Shown here piece after piece: positions 60,647-64,000 of a stretch of 64,000 nucleotides of DNA. A model generated the notes under the pieces. That model searched no databases. It had not been told where the DNA came from and saw nothing but the letters and a program-made list of their open reading frames with translations. The DNA lies in IMG/VR virus record IMGVR_UViG_3300035698_016128, positions 32,001 to 96,000 of that record. The stretch is one strand, 5' to 3'. This stretch comes from a virus. Position numbers and translations under genes: made by a program. Every line of letters begins with the position of its first letter. Within the stretch, counting starts at the first letter, position 1.

Positions 60647-63072
60647 TGGCAGGTAAACGTAGTCCTCTAACAGCAAGGAAGGTCGACGCACTGACCACCC
60701 TTGTCCAGTTTCAAACTGGTCACTATGGCGATGTGCGAATTATCCACAGCGCAGAAGCACACCTGAAAACCGATGGCAAGAATGTCTTCGTGCCGTGGAT
60801 ACCTGATGATGTGTTTGATGAATACTCCGACCTGATGTTCAGCGGGGTGGTCCACGAGGGTGCGCACATCAAGCGTTCCTCCTTCACTGCACTCAGGCTC
60901 TTCAGGGGGCAACGCCTTGCGCAGATGTTTGGCAATGCCATTGAAGACTCACGCATTGAACACTTCGAACAGATTGAATACCGGTCGCTTGAAAGGGAAT
61001 TCAGGGCATTCTCTGATTATTTCCAAAGAGACTACCTGAAGGAAAAGAAGGAAAACGAAGATAAGGCAATCAAAGACCCCGGCTACATGCTGTTCCTTGT
61101 GGGATGTGTCATGAACCTGTATCTGAGTGGGTATGAGTACGATTACTTTCCTTACCATGTAATCGAACTCGCCATGTCATGCAAGGATATTCTTGATGAT
61201 TTTAAAGAGAATTGGCCCAGTGATAAGACTGGCTCAAGTAAGGCTCTTGAGGCCGGGGCCAAGATTGTTGAGCGTTTCGAAAAGCTCTTCAAGACAATGC
61301 CGAAGATCAAACCCCCCAAAGGTGCCGGTGCATGGGGCGATGATGGTGATGATGAAGGAGAGGGCGAAGAAAAGGAGAGCGACAGCAAAAAAGGCAAACC
61401 AAAACCGGGTTCATCGGAAGAAGGTGATGAAGATGAAGACGACGATGGAAGAAGAGATGAGGATGATGAGGGAAGCGGTGAAGGAGATGGGATGGGCGGC
61501 GGCGGAGATGAGGAGGATGAAGAGGACGGGGAAAGTGGAAGCGGAGACAGTGACAGTGAAGAGGACGATGACGGCAGTGACGAAGGAGACAGTGAAGGTA
61601 GTTCCGCTGGCGGGGAAGCAGGGGACGGTGACGATGAGGAACGTGATGACGAGGAAGATGACAACCCCCTGGACAGTGGCATTGGAACGAACGAAGACGG
61701 CCCTGACGCTGATAAGAAGAAGAATAGCAAAAACGATGGCGATGACGGTGGCGAAAGCGCTGAAGGACTTGGTGACGAAAGTGACGCGGACGGCGGTGAA
61801 GAAGAAGGCGAGGCAGAAGGCGAAAGAGACACAATCACCGACGAAGAATACGGAAAAAAGAAAGACGGCTCAGAAGTAGAAGTAGAATCGGAATTTGAAG
61901 GCATGATTCATGAAGATGATATGCCAAAGGAAGACCCTGCAATGAAAAGGGCAGGTAAGAAAATCGCCAATGCCTTGGAGAACGCCATGGCGGAGGCCGC
62001 TGATGCCGATGGCAACCTTGACATTACAAAGATTGATGATCACATTGACAGTGGTGGTCCTGGTGGTATTCCTGCATGGAAGATGCTTGAAAAGGCAAAG
62101 GACGCCGGAGTTAAAACCATCAGGGAACATATCTATGATAAGGCACGTGGCGAGATCATTGCCAAGTCTTCCACAGGTAAGCAACACATGGCACATCCTG
62201 ATGCGATGAAGCATGACAAGGAAGTCACCCCCAGTCTCGATGCAACGCCTATGGAGAAAGCACATTACACCAACATAGTCAATGCTCTCGGGCCTGAAAT
62301 AGGCCGACTTTCAACTCAAATGCTCAGCCTCATTATGTCTCAGAAGCGAGTGCACTTCGCACCTGACTCTGAGGAAGGCGAAATTGACACCGCCGCTCTT
62401 TGGTCCTTGAAGCACGGCAACAAGCGCATCTTTAACCGACATACTTGGGGGCGTAAGCTGAACACAGCAATTGAGATTCTTGTTGATTGCTCAGGCTCCA
62501 TGGGTAGCAGTGGAAAGGTCGAAGGGGCGATGAAAGCAGCAATCGCCTTCGGGGAAGTGTTGACAAGAATCGGCGGTGTGCCTTTCGAGGTTACCGGCTT
62601 CACCACACACGGATATGGTGCCCTTTACGGTAAGGAATCGGCAATGTACAACCGCTTTGAATCTTTACTGCACTATGTCTACAAAACGTTTGAAGAGAAC
62701 TACCACACAGTGAAGTATCGGCTTCTTGCGATTAAGGCCGGTGGCAATAACTGTGACGGTGAGTCTGTCATGTGGGCAGGGAAACGTCTCATGGCAAGGC
62801 CCGAAAAGAGAAAAATGATGTTCGTTTTCTCTGACGGTATGCCAGCATGTTACGATGGCGGTCACCCCGGACTGCTTGACCAAGATCTTAAAGAAACAGT
62901 CATAAGGCTTGAGAAGCTTAAGGTCGAAGTCTATGGCATAGGCATTTACACAGATGCCCCTGCTGAATTTTACAAGGACCATGCAATCATCAACCGCAGA
63001 GAAGATGATATTGCCCGAGCACTGTTTGGGTGCCTCAAGAAGAGATTCATGGGTGGTATGAACGGAATGTGA
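60646..63072 (+). CDS. CobT-like VWA-domain partner of the AAA+ ATPase
   Basis: N-terminal HEGAH...NAIEDSRIE, a ~180-aa Asp/Glu/Gly linker, and MIDAS motifs LVDCSGSM, GNNCDG and FSDG. Confidence 0.9.
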   Translation: MAGKRSPLTARKVDALTTLVQFQTGHYGDVRIIHSAEAHLKTDGKNVFVPWIPDDVFDEYSDLMFSGVVHEGAHIKRSSFTALRLFRGQRLAQMFGNAIEDSRIEHFEQIEYRSLEREFRAFSDYFQRDYLKEKKENEDKAIKDPGYMLFLVGCVMNLYLSGYEYDYFPYHVIELAMSCKDILDDFKENWPSDKTGSSKALEAGAKIVERFEKLFKTMPKIKPPKGAGAWGDDGDDEGEGEEKESDSKKGKPKPGSSEEGDEDEDDDGRRDEDDEGSGEGDGMGGGGDEEDEEDGESGSGDSDSEEDDDGSDEGDSEGSSAGGEAGDGDDEERDDEEDDNPLDSGIGTNEDGPDADKKKNSKNDGDDGGESAEGLGDESDADGGEEEGEAEGERDTITDEEYGKKKDGSEVEVESEFEGMIHEDDMPKEDPAMKRAGKKIANALENAMAEAADADGNLDITKIDDHIDSGGPGGIPAWKMLEKAKDAGVKTIREHIYDKARGEIIAKSSTGKQHMAHPDAMKHDKEVTPSLDATPMEKAHYTNIVNALGPEIGRLSTQMLSLIMSQKRVHFAPDSEEGEIDTAALWSLKHGNKRIFNRHTWGRKLNTAIEILVDCSGSMGSSGKVEGAMKAAIAFGEVLTRIGGVPFEVTGFTTHGYGALYGKESAMYNRFESLLHYVYKTFEENYHTVKYRLLAIKAGGNNCDGESVMWAGKRLMARPEKRKMMFVFSDGMPACYDGGHPGLLDQDLKETVIRLEKLKVEVYGIGIYTDAPAEFYKDHAIINRREDDIARALFGCLKKRFMGGMNGM

Positions 63073-63182
63073 TTAAAAATCCGCCGGGGGGTAACCTTGT
63101 GGAGTTGCCGCCACATCGGGGGCAAAAGTCTCCTACCCCCCACCGCCCTCCGGCGGATTCCTTTTCCCAAAAGGGGAATTAG

Positions 63183-63824
63183 ATGAAAAAGTATGAAGAC
63201 TTCATTGCCTTAGCAACACCGATAATAAGACAAGAGGCAAGGCGGTTCAGCAAACGAATTCAAAGTCATGATGTTGAAGATCTTGAGCAAGAAATAAAGT
63301 TTAAGATTTGGCGAAGTTTTGACACCATTGATTTGGATAAATATCCCCCAAAGGCTGTTGCGAGAAATATCGCTGTGCAGACGTGCTTGCGAATATACGG
63401 ACGTAAGCCGAAGGAAATTGGCAGTATCAAATTGGAAGAGAACTTTTGGGGGACAAGTGGTTTTGCCAGCATCGAAGTAAGACACTTATCAGATAAACCA
63501 CATGCGGATGCCGTCATACGGGAAGAGGACTTTACCTGCACGGCAGGTACAGCGGAAGTCGAAGTCTGTGACCTACTGGCTACGCTGTCACCACAACTAA
63601 GCGATGTAGCGCATACCGTTCTACGCATCCGGCTTGATCCCCCGCAGGGTTTGATTTCAAAGGCATGCCGTGGTATGCTTGAAACTAAGAAGACCAGCAG
63701 GGACAGGTCTACCTTTCGCATAACAAATAAAATGTTCAGCGACTACCTTGGCCTAACAAGGTACCGCTATGCTGTTGCTCTTGAAGAGATAAGAGAAAAG
63801 CTTGGGGCGCTAGGAGAATTGTGA
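63183..63824 (+). CDS. Sigma70 region-2-like protein (phage sigma factor/regulator)
   Basis: PIIRQEARRF...DVEDLEQEIKFKIWRSF resembles ECF sigma region 2. Confidence 0.6.
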   Translation: MKKYEDFIALATPIIRQEARRFSKRIQSHDVEDLEQEIKFKIWRSFDTIDLDKYPPKAVARNIAVQTCLRIYGRKPKEIGSIKLEENFWGTSGFASIEVRHLSDKPHADAVIREEDFTCTAGTAEVEVCDLLATLSPQLSDVAHTVLRIRLDPPQGLISKACRGMLETKKTSRDRSTFRITNKMFSDYLGLTRYRYAVALEEIREKLGALGEL

Positions 63825-64000
63825 AGACCATACCTATTAAAATATCTGGCAACAAGGCCAGAATTCTTTGCAAATTACCATCTGCTTTGGATGACGTTCT
63901 AACCCGAAAGCTTGGATATTACACCACAGTCATGGCTATACAGAAAAACTCCACCGGGGGTGTTATCTTCCAAGGTGGTAGGCCTCTGTTCAGACCATCA
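63821..64000 (+). CDS. Partial CDS (5' end), product unknown
   Basis: GTGA overlap with the previous stop, GGAG RBS, open to the window end (VKTIPIKISGNKARIL...). Confidence 0.55.
   Translation, partial: MKTIPIKISGNKARILCKLPSALDDVLTRKLGYYTTVMAIQKNSTGGVIFQGGRPLFRPS

Noticed and set aside
1-64000. Alternative genetic code (stop-codon reassignment)
   Set aside because: All hallmark genes are full length under the standard code.

Overview
A 64-kb internal fragment of a large, probably uncultured, tailed dsDNA phage. It is siphovirus-like: a TP901-type tape measure and tail tube, with no sheath seen. No tRNA, rRNA, CRISPR array or integrase was found. (1) 1-28.7 kb, minus strand, is the virion and packaging module, read right to left: terS, Mu-gp28-like terL, DUF935-type portal, a 2104-aa repetitive fibre-like protein with a signal-peptide-like N-terminus, accessory structural genes, an HTH-metallophosphoesterase, a holin-like gene and NlpC/P60 peptidase, a Mu-gpI-like protease with nested scaffold, cement, major capsid, neck and tail genes, a -1-frameshifted tail chaperone and the tape measure. 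(2) 28.8-34.4 kb, minus strand: a 5'-3' flap exonuclease and small accessory genes. (3) 34.4-35.4 kb: a non-coding, repeat-rich strand-switch region, a candidate genome end. (4) 35.1-37.6 kb: a sharply bounded ~2.5-kb island in which my line-by-line scan found no VGAB/VTCB 4-mer. It holds one operon of micro-genes separated by four copies of a GAAA-tetraloop hairpin. (5) 35.5-49.6 kb: small genes preceded by ten sigma54-type -24/-12 promoters, with gene-poor spacers carrying a repeated GATATCCCC-N-TGTGGATC element. (6) 46-64 kb, plus strand: minimal PolX-SWIM, PC4-like SSB, radical SAM, SAM methyltransferase, a MoxR/CobS AAA+ and VWA (CobT-like) pair, a sigma70-region-2 protein, and three sigma70-type promoters. 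The best candidate for an undescribed system is the combination of the motif-purged candidate first-entry island, the hairpin-punctuated micro-gene array and the sigma54-type early programme. Its function is inference; the sequence patterns themselves are directly visible.
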